From positions 1 through 56,727 of IMG/VR virus record IMGVR_UViG_3300027759_000110: 56,727 nt of DNA. One strand, given 5' to 3'. Below are positions 19,419 through 30,049 of this stretch, piece after piece. The stretch is from a virus. Taxonomy: Duplodnaviria > Caudoviricetes. How positions within the stretch are numbered: position 1 is the stretch's first letter; each line of letters starts with the position of its first letter. Both the position numbers and the translations under genes were made by a program. Under the pieces are notes generated by a model. The model did not search any database. It was not told the DNA's origin and saw nothing but the letters and a program-made list of their open reading frames with translations.

Positions 19419-22400
19419 ATGGCAAAAGAATTCTCGTTTGAAGAGGCAATTGGCACACCCAAAGAAGACAAAGAAAAGAAGTCTTTTTCTTTTCAGGAAG
19501 CCGTACAGCAACCTAGTGCTGGGTTTTCTCTTAAAAACATAGGTCTTGCTTTTGGCCAAGGATTGACCGGTGCAACGCAAGACATTTCCAGTATTGCTGG
19601 TGCAACCAATCCTCTTGCTCAAGGCTTGGGTAGTTTGCAACAAACTGCTGGCGAGGCAATGACTCCTGAGCGCAGAGCTGAGATTCAACGTCGCCAACAA
19701 ATTGAAAAAGCCGCAGAAGGCAACACTTGGGAAGAGATCAAAGCCAAGCTTGGTGGTGTTGCTGAGGCTCCCCTTATAACGGCAGCAACAGTTGCTGGCG
19801 GTGTTGTTCCATATGTAGCTGGTACGCTTGCAGTCCCAGAGGTTGCTATTCCTGCAATGATTGCAAGGCTGACCGGCCTTGGCATGTCTGCCAAAGTGGC
19901 GCAAAAGGTTGCTTCCGCAGTGCCTGTTACTGCGGTTGGTGGAGTGATGGGCCTTGGCGGTCAGAAGAGCCAAGACTATGAAACAGTCAAACGTGAGTTG
20001 CTTGAAAAAGGTGTTAAAGAAGAAGAAGCGGAAATCCTTGCTCAAAAGGCCGCAGAGTATTCTTTAAAGAATCTTCCTAGACAAGCCGCAGCTGCTGGCG
20101 CTGGCGCATTTGAAGGCGCTATTGGTGCTGAAGGTTTGTTGAGCCGTGCTGTTAAGAAGCCTCCTCAAATCCAAGGTAAATCAGTCAACATGCCTGAGCC
20201 AACTTGGAAAGAAGCAATTGCAAAAAGCACTGTTGGTGAGGCTTTGCCTGAAGGCATTCAGTCTGCGGTTGGTACTGCCGGAACGAACGTCGCTCTAACC
20301 GAGGCTGGTATCCCTACAGACATTGGTAAAGGCGTACTGTCTAGTGCAGTGCGCGATACGCTGGTTGGCGGCCTTATGGGTACGGCTGTCTCTCCGTTGA
20401 AGATGAGAGAACTGCGTCAAGAATTTGTTGCTAATGAGATAGAAGCCCAGAAAGAATATCAAAAGCAGCAGCGTGAAGAAATTACTGCTGCTAAAAAACG
20501 TTTAGACGATCAGTTGGAGATGACCAAGAACCCTCTTGGATCATTTACTCTTGATGAACTTGGCCCTGATTTAGCTAAGACTGTTGAATTACACCGTTCA
20601 GTTACAGGTAAGCCAGCACTAACTTCATATGCTTTAGATGACATCATTGATGCGCTGCCCGGTAAAGACAAGATCAAAGAATCAGAGAGTTTAAACACAT
20701 TAATTGCAGCCAAATCTGGCTACACCGATGAGGTTTACACACCTACTCAAATTATTGAAATAGCTCAGGCTAAGAACGTAGACAGTGCCGCACCAAGCTT
20801 TGCCGACTTTCTTTCTAGGACAACTGGCATCAGTGATCCTATGCAGATGTCTCAACCCCAGCTTCATGCTGCGGTTACAAGTTTAAACAGTCTGCCCGGT
20901 TTCGCCACAACGCAGGCTCTACCAGAAGGCTCAAACGCCACCCGGTACAGCCCAGAGCAGTTTAAACAAGCCATTGATGGTTTAAACGCACAAATGGATG
21001 CGCTGGCCAGTGACGAGTTAAATTTTAAACAAACTACAAAAACAATAGAAGCAGCCACGGGACTCAAAGGTTCTGCTGTCAATGAGTTGCTTAATGATGC
21101 CAACCGCAACGGCGACATCCTTACGGTTGACAAAAAAGTTAGTATCCCCTCACGTACCATGCCTACTGGATACGGCATTTCTGAGGAAGTTGGTCTTGAG
21201 CAAGAGGTTGCAGACGCTTACGACATCATGCGCGGTGAAGAGAAGCTGACTACCGCTCCCAATGAAAATGCAGCTACCACTCTTGTAGAGAAACTACAAA
21301 AGATTACAGACTCTGACATTAAGAAAGTTGATGCAGAACTTAAATCAATTGATGAGAAGACCGCCAAGTCTGAAGATGAATTAAACAGATTGATCATTGA
21401 AGGTAAAGCTAACTCTGAGGAATACAAAGCCGCAGAGATGGCCCATCAAGCCCTGATGGATACCTCCATGCCAACCATTGCAGAATTGGTGGCTAAAAAG
21501 GAATCTTATGGTAAACCCCTAGAGATCATTCCAACTGGGGTTAAAACAGTTAAGCCTACGTCCTATATTGTACGTAAGGGTGAAGACATCCAAACCGTTG
21601 CACAAGACCGTGCTGCGGCTGAACAAGCCATTTTTGAAGACTTGTCCGAGAAAGATCTTCAGGATCTGGTCAAGAAGCCTTCGCCCGCATTGCAGAAGCG
21701 TGTAAACGCAGAGATCCAACGCCGTGCAGCTTTACCGCCAGAAGGCGCTCCTGCAACAGCGGCAACACCTGAGCAGGAAACTAAATTAAAGCAGTTGGAA
21801 ACTGATCTTCCAGCCATGTTGGCTAAGTTTGGTTTGCAAGATGTTGGCCTTAAGATTGTTAACGCCATCAAGGGCGGTGCTGACGGCTCTTATGAGGCTA
21901 ACCTAATCCAGATCGCTCTGGACGCAGTTAACCCTATCCGCACCCTTCGCCATGAGTCTATCCACGCCCTGAAAGAGCTGGGCTTTTTTACGCCCCAACA
22001 ATGGGCCGTATTGGAGCGTCAAGCTAAAGCTGAATGGGTGCAGAAGTACCTGAAGAATAAGAAATACACGACAGATGATGGCGAGATTATCAGCCGTTAC
22101 GAAGCTTATCAAACCCCCGGTATTGCCAGCAAAGAGGGTTTAAACGAAGAGCAGATTATTGAAGAAGCGATTGCTGATGCTTTTGGTGATTGGGATGGCA
22201 CTAAAGCACCTCCCGGAATGATGACTGCGCTCTTGAACAAGATGCGTAACTTCTTTACTGCGTTGCGTAATTACCTAAACGGTCAAGGCTACCAAACTTA
22301 CGAAGACGTGTTTGGTAAGGCTGAGCGGGGCGAACTCAAAGCCCCTGCTACAAAAGTAGCAAAAGAGCCAATTGAAGAAGCTGAGCCTAAAAAGTCTCTT

Positions 22401-25400
22401 ATCCGTCCCGCAGTTGAGGGTGAAACAGAGATATCCACACGTAACCCACAGGGCGTTAAACGCACTAACGATCCAATCGCAGAGATGCTGTCGATTGATG
22501 AGGCGGCAGTACGTGAGGCCATGAAGGCCAATCCTGATATGTATAAACGCACAGTCCAAGCCATCAAAGGCTACGGATTTGTGCCAAACAACACGCCGCC
22601 CAATCAAGTTATTGATGTGTTTAAACGCAACATTATTAGCAATTTGCTGTATCTCTACAACAAAGTTCCAGCTGATATTCGTGAGCGCAGTAAGCTTTGG
22701 TACGACGGTGCAAACCGTATTGCCACCGATATGAGCAAGAACTACAAGGTTTCCATGGAGCAAGTGGCTGGCATTATGGCCGCTATGTCTCCGCAGAAAG
22801 ACTGGTTCCAAAACGTTTCTATGGCTGAACGTGCGTTGGACATCTTGACTGAACAAGGCAACAAGTCTTGGGATGCCAACATGATCAAATACGCTGAGAG
22901 CTATGTTAAGGAGGCTACAAGCCGTAAGGAGCGAGAGAAGCGTCAGGCTGCTTTTGACAAGATCAAGGGCGTATCCCGTGCTGGTACAAGTTTAAACGAC
23001 ATGACGCAAGACGATGCGGCTGCGTTTATACGTGCCTATGACGAGGCTTATAACTCCCGTCAGTATCGGATCGTCACACCAGAGGGTGGCTTTGGCGATT
23101 TTGTTCGTAAGAATGATGGCGATCCTGCGACCATGATGTGGTCTACATACGACCCAATCAAGAAAACAGTCAGCATCTTCCGTGATGGAAGCCGTAAAAA
23201 CATTAGCGAACAGCTGGGCGAAGAGCACAAGATCCGTTCTTTCTACAACAACATTGCCGCACCTAACAGCGATATCGGCCACGTAACCATTGACACTCAC
23301 GCAGTTGCCGCAGGCTTGTTTGAGGCGCTGGCTGGAACAGACCAAGAGGTTGTCCACAACTTTGGCGGCACAGGCAAGAACATCAACCTTGGCGTTGGTG
23401 GCACATACGGCATCATCGCAGATGCTTATCGTGAAGCCGCTCAGAAAAAGGAAGTTCGTGCCCGTGAGATGCAATCCATTACATGGGAAGCTGTACGTGG
23501 TTTGTTTGGCGAGAACATCAAGAGCACCATCAAGCCTAAGATCCGTGCCGAGTGGACTAAGTACAAGACTGGTGAGCAATCATTTGAGGCTACCCGTGAA
23601 AAGGTTATGCAGATTGCCGGTGGTATCGACAACCCTGACTGGGTAGGAACTGACGCTGGAAACTTTGTGGCCAATGGCGGCTCAAGCTACGACAAAGCGT
23701 TTACACCTGAAGGTGGTGTGCGCCTGCGTGAAGCCAAGGACATCCGTGAGAAGCTGACATTCAACCTTTCTGCGGTTACTAACTCTATCCCCGGCCTGCG
23801 TGAGTTGTACCAACGTGCAATGGGCCGTGATCAGGAAGCTTACACCGTGCTCCAACGAGTTGCGGAAAGCTCCCTCAAGTTCTTATTGAGTGGTACAGGC
23901 GCAAAGGTTAACGTTGAATATGCCAAGGGCGTGTATCTATCCGACCGTGAGCCATCTATTTCTGTTGGCGTTTCATTCTCTGAAGCAGAAATGAACGATG
24001 TGATGGCCGCATTGGCCAAGTTTGCCGACAGCTATAACCAACAACAGATCCATGTGCGTCAAGAGACTGCGCAGAAGTTTGGTCATGACTTTGGTGATGG
24101 TTCATACGCCACTGCGGTGTATGAAATTGGCCTCAAAAAACAACTAAACAACAAACAAATTTCACGAGTAATTGATGAGTCTGGCTTGCAAGGTTTTACA
24201 ATTACCAATAACAAACTGACAACATACTTTGTAAGGACAGAAGGCGATGAACAAGCAAACTACAAATCCTTCACAGAACGAGTCAAGCGAGTCCACGAGT
24301 TGGTGGGAGACAGCTCTAGCCGAGTCGGACGAACTATTGAACGCCTCTACGTCTACGGAGATGGATACGGAGCAAGGATCCCGTACAGCGAAGTCGCGTA
24401 CCCTTCAAGCGACATTCGTACCAAACAAGAGAGTGACACAGTAACTCCCAAGCTGATTGCTGAGTACTTAACAAAAGCTCCTGTTACAACGTTTAAACAG
24501 AAGCCTCTTTCCGCCAAACAAGTCAAAGATCAACAGAAGCTGGCAAAAGCATTTGATGCCATGCCTGTTAACGACTTGAGCAACCCTTTAGTCAAACGAG
24601 CCTACACTGCGTTGGCAAATGCTCTTAAAGAGCAATACCAAGTCATGCCTATTAAGGTTGAGTTGATGGAGACCATTGACGAGCCTTACGCCAACAGCGA
24701 TGAAGTCCGTCGTGATGTAAGTGTAAACAACAGATTTAAAGTTTACGCCACCTCTCCTGAGACATTCGGCCCACCCGGTTCAAACTTTAAAAACCATCCG
24801 CTGCTCAAAGATTCCGGGCTGAAAGATGTAAACGGCAAGCCAATGTTGTACAACGACTTGCTCCGTGCAGTTCATGATTACTTTGCCCACAACCTGACTG
24901 AGACTCAGTTTGGGCCAAATGGTGAAGCAGCCGCTTGGCGCAACCACATGGCCATGACGCAAGATCCGTTTGCACGTTGGGCGCTGACAGCAGAAACCCG
25001 TGCGCAGAATGCATGGCAAAATTTCCGTCCAGAAGCAAAAGGTTTAAACCTTATTGAGCGAGGATTTGCAGATCAGAAGGCAGCTTTGCCGCCTCTTGAG
25101 TTTGTAATGACTGGCGATTCCAAAATTGATCAGCCTGTAACTGAGCTAAAAGAAGTGCTGACACCTGAGCAACAGCGTGGCAGTGTTCCAGCTGGCGTTA
25201 AGTACAGCTTACGTGCTGCGCCAGAAACTTCTGAGTTTAAACAATGGTTTGGTGATAGCAAAGTTGTAGATGTGTTTAACAGACCAAAGATGATGTACCA
25301 CGGCACTGCTCAGGACATTACTGAATTTAGACCAAAGCAAGCTGGTGCAATCTTTTTGACAGATGACCCCGAGTTTGCTAGTGGATTTTCTTCTGATAGC

Positions 25401-28400
25401 AAAATGTGGATGGCTGGACATCCAGATCAATTTTTAACTCCTGAGCAATTAGACAAAGGGGTTAAACAGGCTATCAAGATTATTCGCAGTGAATACGGTA
25501 ATGATTCTTTAGGCAAAGAGATGATTGCTAGTTTGGCATCAGGTAAGTATGCTGATGCTACACCTGAAGCTCAATTGACTCTGCGCACTGTGTACAAGTA
25601 CATGTTACCGTCCGGCCCTAACATCATGCCTGTCTACGTTAGCGCACAGGATCCTTTTAATTTTGACAATCCCGATCACATTGACAGGGTGATGGATAAA
25701 TTAAAAAATTCTGACATGTGGCGCGAAGCTGTTGAAAATGGTAATTGGAAAACAATTGAAAATTCTACGGTTCAAGAAGCAATTAAAGCCGCAGGTTTTG
25801 ATGGCTTTTATGTTAACGAAGCGGGTCGCAAAAACCTTGCAGTCTATGACTCATCACAAATTAAGTCTGCCACGGGGAACATAGGTACATACGACAAGTC
25901 CAGCCGCGACATTCGTAAGAGTTTACGTAAAGTTCAAGATGAAGTAGATTCTTTGCCTAACGGTGCGGCTATCAACGCTAGTATCAACAGAATTGCACCA
26001 GCTCGTGAACAAGAAGGTTTCTTTGAGCGCATCATTAATGCGTTTAAACCACAAAGCGTAGACGCGCTGCGCCAGCAGTTTCTAAACCGCTATAACCAAC
26101 TTGGTGTGTATGACAAGCTTCTTGCTGAGAAGATGGGTGGAGCCGCTCTTCTGGCTGACTCAAGCGCAGAATCTGCCGCCCTCATGTCAGACAATGCCGC
26201 CGCTATTGCATCTATGGCTTGTGGTATTGATGGTAACGGTGGCGCTCCAGTTTTTAAGAACGGTTTTACAACCATCGATAACTCGGTTAAAGGCCCTTTA
26301 GAGCTTTTAATGCCTTTGGCAAAAACCGGTGACCCCCGTATCTATCAAACCTATCAATTCTGGGCTGGCGCTAAGCGCGGCAAGCGTTTGTTAGCCACAG
26401 GCAAAGATTACACTTACACTCCCGCAGACCTTGCTTACGCAGCTGAGCTGGAGAAGAAGTATCCTGAGTTTAAACAGGTGCAGGCAGACTGGATCCAGTA
26501 CAACAATGGACTGATGAAGTACGCAGTGGACACGGGAGTTCTTGCTCCTGAAAGAGCCGCAGAGTTCATGAAGTACTCTGACTACATCCCGTTCTATCGT
26601 CAGATTGACGGTGAGACCACTGTCGGCCCTAGACTGTTCCAAAATATCTCAGGAGTTACACCTCCTAAGAAGTTGACGGGCATCAAGGAAGGACAAGAGG
26701 CTCCTCTGGCTGACTTCCTAGAAACCATTGTCCGTAACACTCAGTCCATCATCCAATCCGGTATGAAGAATGCTGCGGCACAACGCGCTGTCGGTGCGGC
26801 TGTTCAGTTAAAGACTGCCCAAAAGCGTACTGACGTGTCATATTCACCCGGTGTTGTTACTGTGTTGGAGCGTGGAAAGCCTGTCTCCTACGATGTTTCT
26901 GATCAGTTGTTCATTGATGCTGTTAAGAGTTTAAACCTACCAGAACTGCCGTTCTTGAGCATCTTCTCTGCCCCTGCCAACTTGCTCCGGAATATGATCA
27001 CCAAAGATCCCGGCTTTATGATGGCCAACTTGATGCGTGACTCCTTGTCTGCGTGGGTTACTAGCGGTGCAAATATGACTCCTATCGCCTCTACCATCTC
27101 CAACTTTGGTAAGGCTATCGGTGGCAAAGATCCTGCATACCTTGCTCTACGCAATGCTGGTGTGATCGGTGGTTATGAGTTTGCCAGCGACATCAAGACA
27201 AGCGGTGCTATCTTGGGTGCAAGTCTGCGCAGAGCGACTGGAACTGAGATGGGTGCAGAGAAGGCTCTTAAGCCGTTTACAAGCCTTTGGCGCGGCCTAG
27301 AGAAAGGTACAGAGGCATCTGATGCCGCTACCCGTATGGCTGTCTACAAATCAACCTTGGAGCGTACAGGTAACGAGGCAGAAGCCATCTTCCGCGCCAT
27401 GGAGGTGATGAACTTTAACCGCAAGGGTAACCTTGCCATTGTTCGTATTCTGACTGCGGCTGTGCCATTCCTGAATGCTCGTATGCAGGGCTTGGATGTG
27501 TTCTACCGTGCCGCCTTTGGCAAGATGGCCAGTGAAGATGCCGCCGCTATTCAGCGTTCATTCTTCATCCGTGGTGCAACTCTCATGGCCCTGTCTGCCA
27601 TGTATTGGTTCTTAACCCATGATGATGAGGAATACATCAATCAAGAGCAAGAGACACGAGACAACAATTGGCTGTTCCCATCTGCGGGCATTCGTATCCC
27701 AATCCCGTTTGAGGTTGGTGTACTGTTTAAAGTCGTTCCGGAGCGTCTGCTTGAGTACTCATTTGGTAACGATACTGGTAAAGATCTAGCCGACTCAATG
27801 AAGCGTAACTTGGTTAGTACCTTTGGTATTAGCCCTCCTCAGACTTTCTTACCATTGATTGAGGCTCGCACCAACTACTCTTTCTTCACAATGAGACCCA
27901 TTGTTGGGCAGGGCATGGAAGGTGTAGCCACTGAATTTCAGACATCTCCCGGAACTTCTGAGCTGGCTAAGACGGTCGGTAAGGCAATTGGACAGTCACC
28001 TATCATGGTTGACCACATCATTAAAGGTTACACAGGCTCAATGGGAATGTACGCAGTTGACTTGATTGACGCAATTCTTTTTGCAAATGATTCATCGCCT
28101 AAAGCCGCTAAACGCTTTGAGCAACTGCCTGTTGTCAAAAGGTTTGCAGTTGACAAGGAAGCCAAAGGTACGCAAACGGCTTACTATGAACTAAAAAATT
28201 CTGTTGATGAAGTTGTGAGAACAGTCAACATGATGGAGGCAACTGGCGCTGGTGAAGATCTTGGCGCTTACATGGAGAAAAACGCTCAACTGTTTGGCAT
28301 GAGAAACTACATAAGTAGCGTAGAGAAACAAATGAAGTTGATGCGTCAGGCAACAGTCCAGATCCGTTCATCGGATATGTCTCCTGAAGAGAAGAGAGAC

Positions 28401-28478
28401 TCTCTAATGGCTATCACACAGGCTCAGAATGCAATGACCTCCGGCATTAGAGAACTCAAGAAATCTATTGCACAGTAA
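19419..28478 (+). CDS. Large polyvalent (DarB-like) injected protein: HExxH metallopeptidase-like, HhH/glycosylase-like, second His-motif domain, ADP-ribosyltransferase-like and LPD38-like domains
   Basis: 3019 aa, AGGAG RBS; RHESIH...EEAIADAF (~21950); WYDGA..MSPQKDW..KIRSFYNNI..VTIDTH..MQSITW (~22700-23490); RAVHDYFAH (~24865); FKQWFGDSKVVD..YHGT..IFLTD..IMPVY..GFDG..QIKSATGN (~25235-25900); IRIPIPFEVGVLFK (~27690). Confidence 0.75.
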   Translation: MAKEFSFEEAIGTPKEDKEKKSFSFQEAVQQPSAGFSLKNIGLAFGQGLTGATQDISSIAGATNPLAQGLGSLQQTAGEAMTPERRAEIQRRQQIEKAAEGNTWEEIKAKLGGVAEAPLITAATVAGGVVPYVAGTLAVPEVAIPAMIARLTGLGMSAKVAQKVASAVPVTAVGGVMGLGGQKSQDYETVKRELLEKGVKEEEAEILAQKAAEYSLKNLPRQAAAAGAGAFEGAIGAEGLLSRAVKKPPQIQGKSVNMPEPTWKEAIAKSTVGEALPEGIQSAVGTAGTNVALTEAGIPTDIGKGVLSSAVRDTLVGGLMGTAVSPLKMRELRQEFVANEIEAQKEYQKQQREEITAAKKRLDDQLEMTKNPLGSFTLDELGPDLAKTVELHRSVTGKPALTSYALDDIIDALPGKDKIKESESLNTLIAAKSGYTDEVYTPTQIIEIAQAKNVDSAAPSFADFLSRTTGISDPMQMSQPQLHAAVTSLNSLPGFATTQALPEGSNATRYSPEQFKQAIDGLNAQMDALASDELNFKQTTKTIEAATGLKGSAVNELLNDANRNGDILTVDKKVSIPSRTMPTGYGISEEVGLEQEVADAYDIMRGEEKLTTAPNENAATTLVEKLQKITDSDIKKVDAELKSIDEKTAKSEDELNRLIIEGKANSEEYKAAEMAHQALMDTSMPTIAELVAKKESYGKPLEIIPTGVKTVKPTSYIVRKGEDIQTVAQDRAAAEQAIFEDLSEKDLQDLVKKPSPALQKRVNAEIQRRAALPPEGAPATAATPEQETKLKQLETDLPAMLAKFGLQDVGLKIVNAIKGGADGSYEANLIQIALDAVNPIRTLRHESIHALKELGFFTPQQWAVLERQAKAEWVQKYLKNKKYTTDDGEIISRYEAYQTPGIASKEGLNEEQIIEEAIADAFGDWDGTKAPPGMMTALLNKMRNFFTALRNYLNGQGYQTYEDVFGKAERGELKAPATKVAKEPIEEAEPKKSLIRPAVEGETEISTRNPQGVKRTNDPIAEMLSIDEAAVREAMKANPDMYKRTVQAIKGYGFVPNNTPPNQVIDVFKRNIISNLLYLYNKVPADIRERSKLWYDGANRIATDMSKNYKVSMEQVAGIMAAMSPQKDWFQNVSMAERALDILTEQGNKSWDANMIKYAESYVKEATSRKEREKRQAAFDKIKGVSRAGTSLNDMTQDDAAAFIRAYDEAYNSRQYRIVTPEGGFGDFVRKNDGDPATMMWSTYDPIKKTVSIFRDGSRKNISEQLGEEHKIRSFYNNIAAPNSDIGHVTIDTHAVAAGLFEALAGTDQEVVHNFGGTGKNINLGVGGTYGIIADAYREAAQKKEVRAREMQSITWEAVRGLFGENIKSTIKPKIRAEWTKYKTGEQSFEATREKVMQIAGGIDNPDWVGTDAGNFVANGGSSYDKAFTPEGGVRLREAKDIREKLTFNLSAVTNSIPGLRELYQRAMGRDQEAYTVLQRVAESSLKFLLSGTGAKVNVEYAKGVYLSDREPSISVGVSFSEAEMNDVMAALAKFADSYNQQQIHVRQETAQKFGHDFGDGSYATAVYEIGLKKQLNNKQISRVIDESGLQGFTITNNKLTTYFVRTEGDEQANYKSFTERVKRVHELVGDSSSRVGRTIERLYVYGDGYGARIPYSEVAYPSSDIRTKQESDTVTPKLIAEYLTKAPVTTFKQKPLSAKQVKDQQKLAKAFDAMPVNDLSNPLVKRAYTALANALKEQYQVMPIKVELMETIDEPYANSDEVRRDVSVNNRFKVYATSPETFGPPGSNFKNHPLLKDSGLKDVNGKPMLYNDLLRAVHDYFAHNLTETQFGPNGEAAAWRNHMAMTQDPFARWALTAETRAQNAWQNFRPEAKGLNLIERGFADQKAALPPLEFVMTGDSKIDQPVTELKEVLTPEQQRGSVPAGVKYSLRAAPETSEFKQWFGDSKVVDVFNRPKMMYHGTAQDITEFRPKQAGAIFLTDDPEFASGFSSDSKMWMAGHPDQFLTPEQLDKGVKQAIKIIRSEYGNDSLGKEMIASLASGKYADATPEAQLTLRTVYKYMLPSGPNIMPVYVSAQDPFNFDNPDHIDRVMDKLKNSDMWREAVENGNWKTIENSTVQEAIKAAGFDGFYVNEAGRKNLAVYDSSQIKSATGNIGTYDKSSRDIRKSLRKVQDEVDSLPNGAAINASINRIAPAREQEGFFERIINAFKPQSVDALRQQFLNRYNQLGVYDKLLAEKMGGAALLADSSAESAALMSDNAAAIASMACGIDGNGGAPVFKNGFTTIDNSVKGPLELLMPLAKTGDPRIYQTYQFWAGAKRGKRLLATGKDYTYTPADLAYAAELEKKYPEFKQVQADWIQYNNGLMKYAVDTGVLAPERAAEFMKYSDYIPFYRQIDGETTVGPRLFQNISGVTPPKKLTGIKEGQEAPLADFLETIVRNTQSIIQSGMKNAAAQRAVGAAVQLKTAQKRTDVSYSPGVVTVLERGKPVSYDVSDQLFIDAVKSLNLPELPFLSIFSAPANLLRNMITKDPGFMMANLMRDSLSAWVTSGANMTPIASTISNFGKAIGGKDPAYLALRNAGVIGGYEFASDIKTSGAILGASLRRATGTEMGAEKALKPFTSLWRGLEKGTEASDAATRMAVYKSTLERTGNEAEAIFRAMEVMNFNRKGNLAIVRILTAAVPFLNARMQGLDVFYRAAFGKMASEDAAAIQRSFFIRGATLMALSAMYWFLTHDDEEYINQEQETRDNNWLFPSAGIRIPIPFEVGVLFKVVPERLLEYSFGNDTGKDLADSMKRNLVSTFGISPPQTFLPLIEARTNYSFFTMRPIVGQGMEGVATEFQTSPGTSELAKTVGKAIGQSPIMVDHIIKGYTGSMGMYAVDLIDAILFANDSSPKAAKRFEQLPVVKRFAVDKEAKGTQTAYYELKNSVDEVVRTVNMMEATGAGEDLGAYMEKNAQLFGMRNYISSVEKQMKLMRQATVQIRSSDMSPEEKRDSLMAITQAQNAMTSGIRELKKSIAQ

Positions 28479-28752
28479 GATGACCCCGCTCAAAGAGCCA
28501 TCCAATGGTTCTGCGGTGGGCTTCATCCCAGATTTCTTTACGTTCTTCCTTGTTTAAACGTTTGCCTTGGTCAATATCTGCGTGGCAGCTAAAACATAAA
28601 GCCGCTATCCGGTAGTCGTGGGCTTTTAAACCCATTCCTTTACCATCCTTTTGTTGGTTGGAATGAGAGGCTACCACCGTGCCATCCTGCACCCCGCAGA
28701 TCTGGCATGGTGATTCCCTGACGATATCTAATAGAGATCTACTCCGGTACAT
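28465..28752 (-). CDS. DUF1364/YbcO-like zinc-binding putative nuclease
   Basis: PCQICG...VVASHSNQ..GKGMGLKAHD...CFSCHADID. Confidence 0.7.
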   Translation of the reverse strand: MYRSRSLLDIVRESPCQICGVQDGTVVASHSNQQKDGKGMGLKAHDYRIAALCFSCHADIDQGKRLNKEERKEIWDEAHRRTIGWLFERGHLTVQ

Positions 28753-28951
28753 CTTGCTTCGCTATAAAGTTAACGTAACGGGCTATCTCATGGCCGGTGT
28801 AATCAATGTCCCCATAACTTCCAAACCTCGCTGCAAGCCGTTTAAACGCAGCTTGCTGGGCTGCCTGCCAAACTTCGTAACTCCAGCCCCCGTCATCTTC
28901 AAAGGCTTTATTGCCTATGAACTCACAGTATTCTTTCTTGCATTCAGTCAT
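28739..28951 (-). CDS. Hypothetical protein
   Basis: 70-aa ORF in a chain of overlapping minus-strand genes. Confidence 0.5.
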   Translation of the reverse strand: MTECKKEYCEFIGNKAFEDDGGWSYEVWQAAQQAAFKRLAARFGSYGDIDYTGHEIARYVNFIAKQDVPE

Positions 28952-29121
28952 TTCTTTTCCTGTTTAAACGTTGCATAGTATGCTGCCGGGAATTTTGCTT
29001 TTTGTTTTACGTAAGTCCGTAACCATTCAGCCCCGCCAAGTTCTTTAAACATCAACCACTCAACATCCGACATCCTAAGATAGCGATTTTTTAGTTGTGC
29101 TGGTGGTTTAGATCTAGGCAT
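28948..29121 (-). CDS. Small hypothetical protein, possible ribbon-helix-helix (not in ORF track)
   Basis: Manual translation MPRSKPPAQLKNRYLRMSDVEWLMFKELGGAEWLR... (57 aa); AAGGAG RBS; ATGA overlap. Confidence 0.55.
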   Translation of the reverse strand: MPRSKPPAQLKNRYLRMSDVEWLMFKELGGAEWLRTYVKQKAKFPAAYYATFKQEKK

Positions 29122-29299
29122 TTTTAGGTCTCCTTGTTGCTCGTAGAGTCCAACAGGAAGCGCAATACCATTTACTAGAATTCATTTGCACACCACCTTC
29201 TGGTGGTTTGGCGGTATCACATTTTCCACACTGTTTAAACCTGTGCAGGTTTGGCTGCATACCGTTTAAATCTAGTTGTTGTTTGACAAATCCGTTCAT
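29114..29299 (-). CDS. Small zinc-finger protein
   Basis: CGKC...WYCASC. Confidence 0.55.
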   Translation of the reverse strand: MNGFVKQQLDLNGMQPNLHRFKQCGKCDTAKPPEGGVQMNSSKWYCASCWTLRATRRPKNA

Positions 29300-29526
29300 G
29301 TTTTCATATCCCTTACATACCGCGCAAAGCTTGCGGCTGTATCACCAAAAGCAATCTGCATATTTTCAAACTCTTTAGCTACCTCCTCCAGCACATGATT
29401 TCTCTGTGAGGGAGATACATATAAAGTGAACTCTAGTTGAGCTTCTACCATCTGTCTTTTCCGCCAGCCCATTTCTTTTTCTGATATGTTTAAACTATGT
29501 TTATCTTCAGATGATATCTGCGACAT
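29296..29526 (-). CDS. Hypothetical protein
   Basis: RNHVLEEVAKE...FGDTAASFA pattern common in phage middle genes. Confidence 0.5.
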   Translation of the reverse strand: MSQISSEDKHSLNISEKEMGWRKRQMVEAQLEFTLYVSPSQRNHVLEEVAKEFENMQIAFGDTAASFARYVRDMKT

Positions 29527-30049
29527 ACGTTGCTCCTTCAGTGGTTAATGCCCATACCAATGCCTTGCTACCTGATGGTGCAGGGCGCTTTACTCTTTGC
29601 CCGTGAGCATCCGTCAATCCGGTGATAAGTCCTGCGTCTTGGCATTCTTTTCGTCGTTTGCCAATACTGTTTTGTTGAAGCCCTGTGCGGGATGCCAACT
29701 CATAATCTGTCAAGGGGCCAAATCTTTTGAGCGTAGTGAGTGCCAATATGCGATGTCTACTCGCTCTAAATTTAGCATCTTCAGCGGCCTCATGTGAGGT
29801 TTCAGGATCGCTATTACGGGACATAGGATCGTTAAACAAAAGAATTTGTTTTGCACTATGTTTAAACTCTTTAGGATCACTTGATATATTCTTTGCATCA
29901 ATAGATTTTCTGTACTGCAAAACCTCTTCCAGTAACTGCTCCATCTCATCAGCCGCCATTAAATGAAACGGGCTGATCGGAACACTATTTGCAAGACCGC
30001 GCATCATTCCAATGGTCGCCCTTGCCGTTCGTTCGCTTAGCTTCTTCAT
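29507..30049 (-). CDS. Winged-HTH DNA-binding protein with N-terminal extension
   Basis: SRNSDPETSHEAA...GPLTDYEL...SIGKRRKE...SGSKALVW; paralogous to 37316-37624. Confidence 0.6.
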   Translation of the reverse strand: MKKLSERTARATIGMMRGLANSVPISPFHLMAADEMEQLLEEVLQYRKSIDAKNISSDPKEFKHSAKQILLFNDPMSRNSDPETSHEAAEDAKFRASRHRILALTTLKRFGPLTDYELASRTGLQQNSIGKRRKECQDAGLITGLTDAHGQRVKRPAPSGSKALVWALTTEGATYVADII

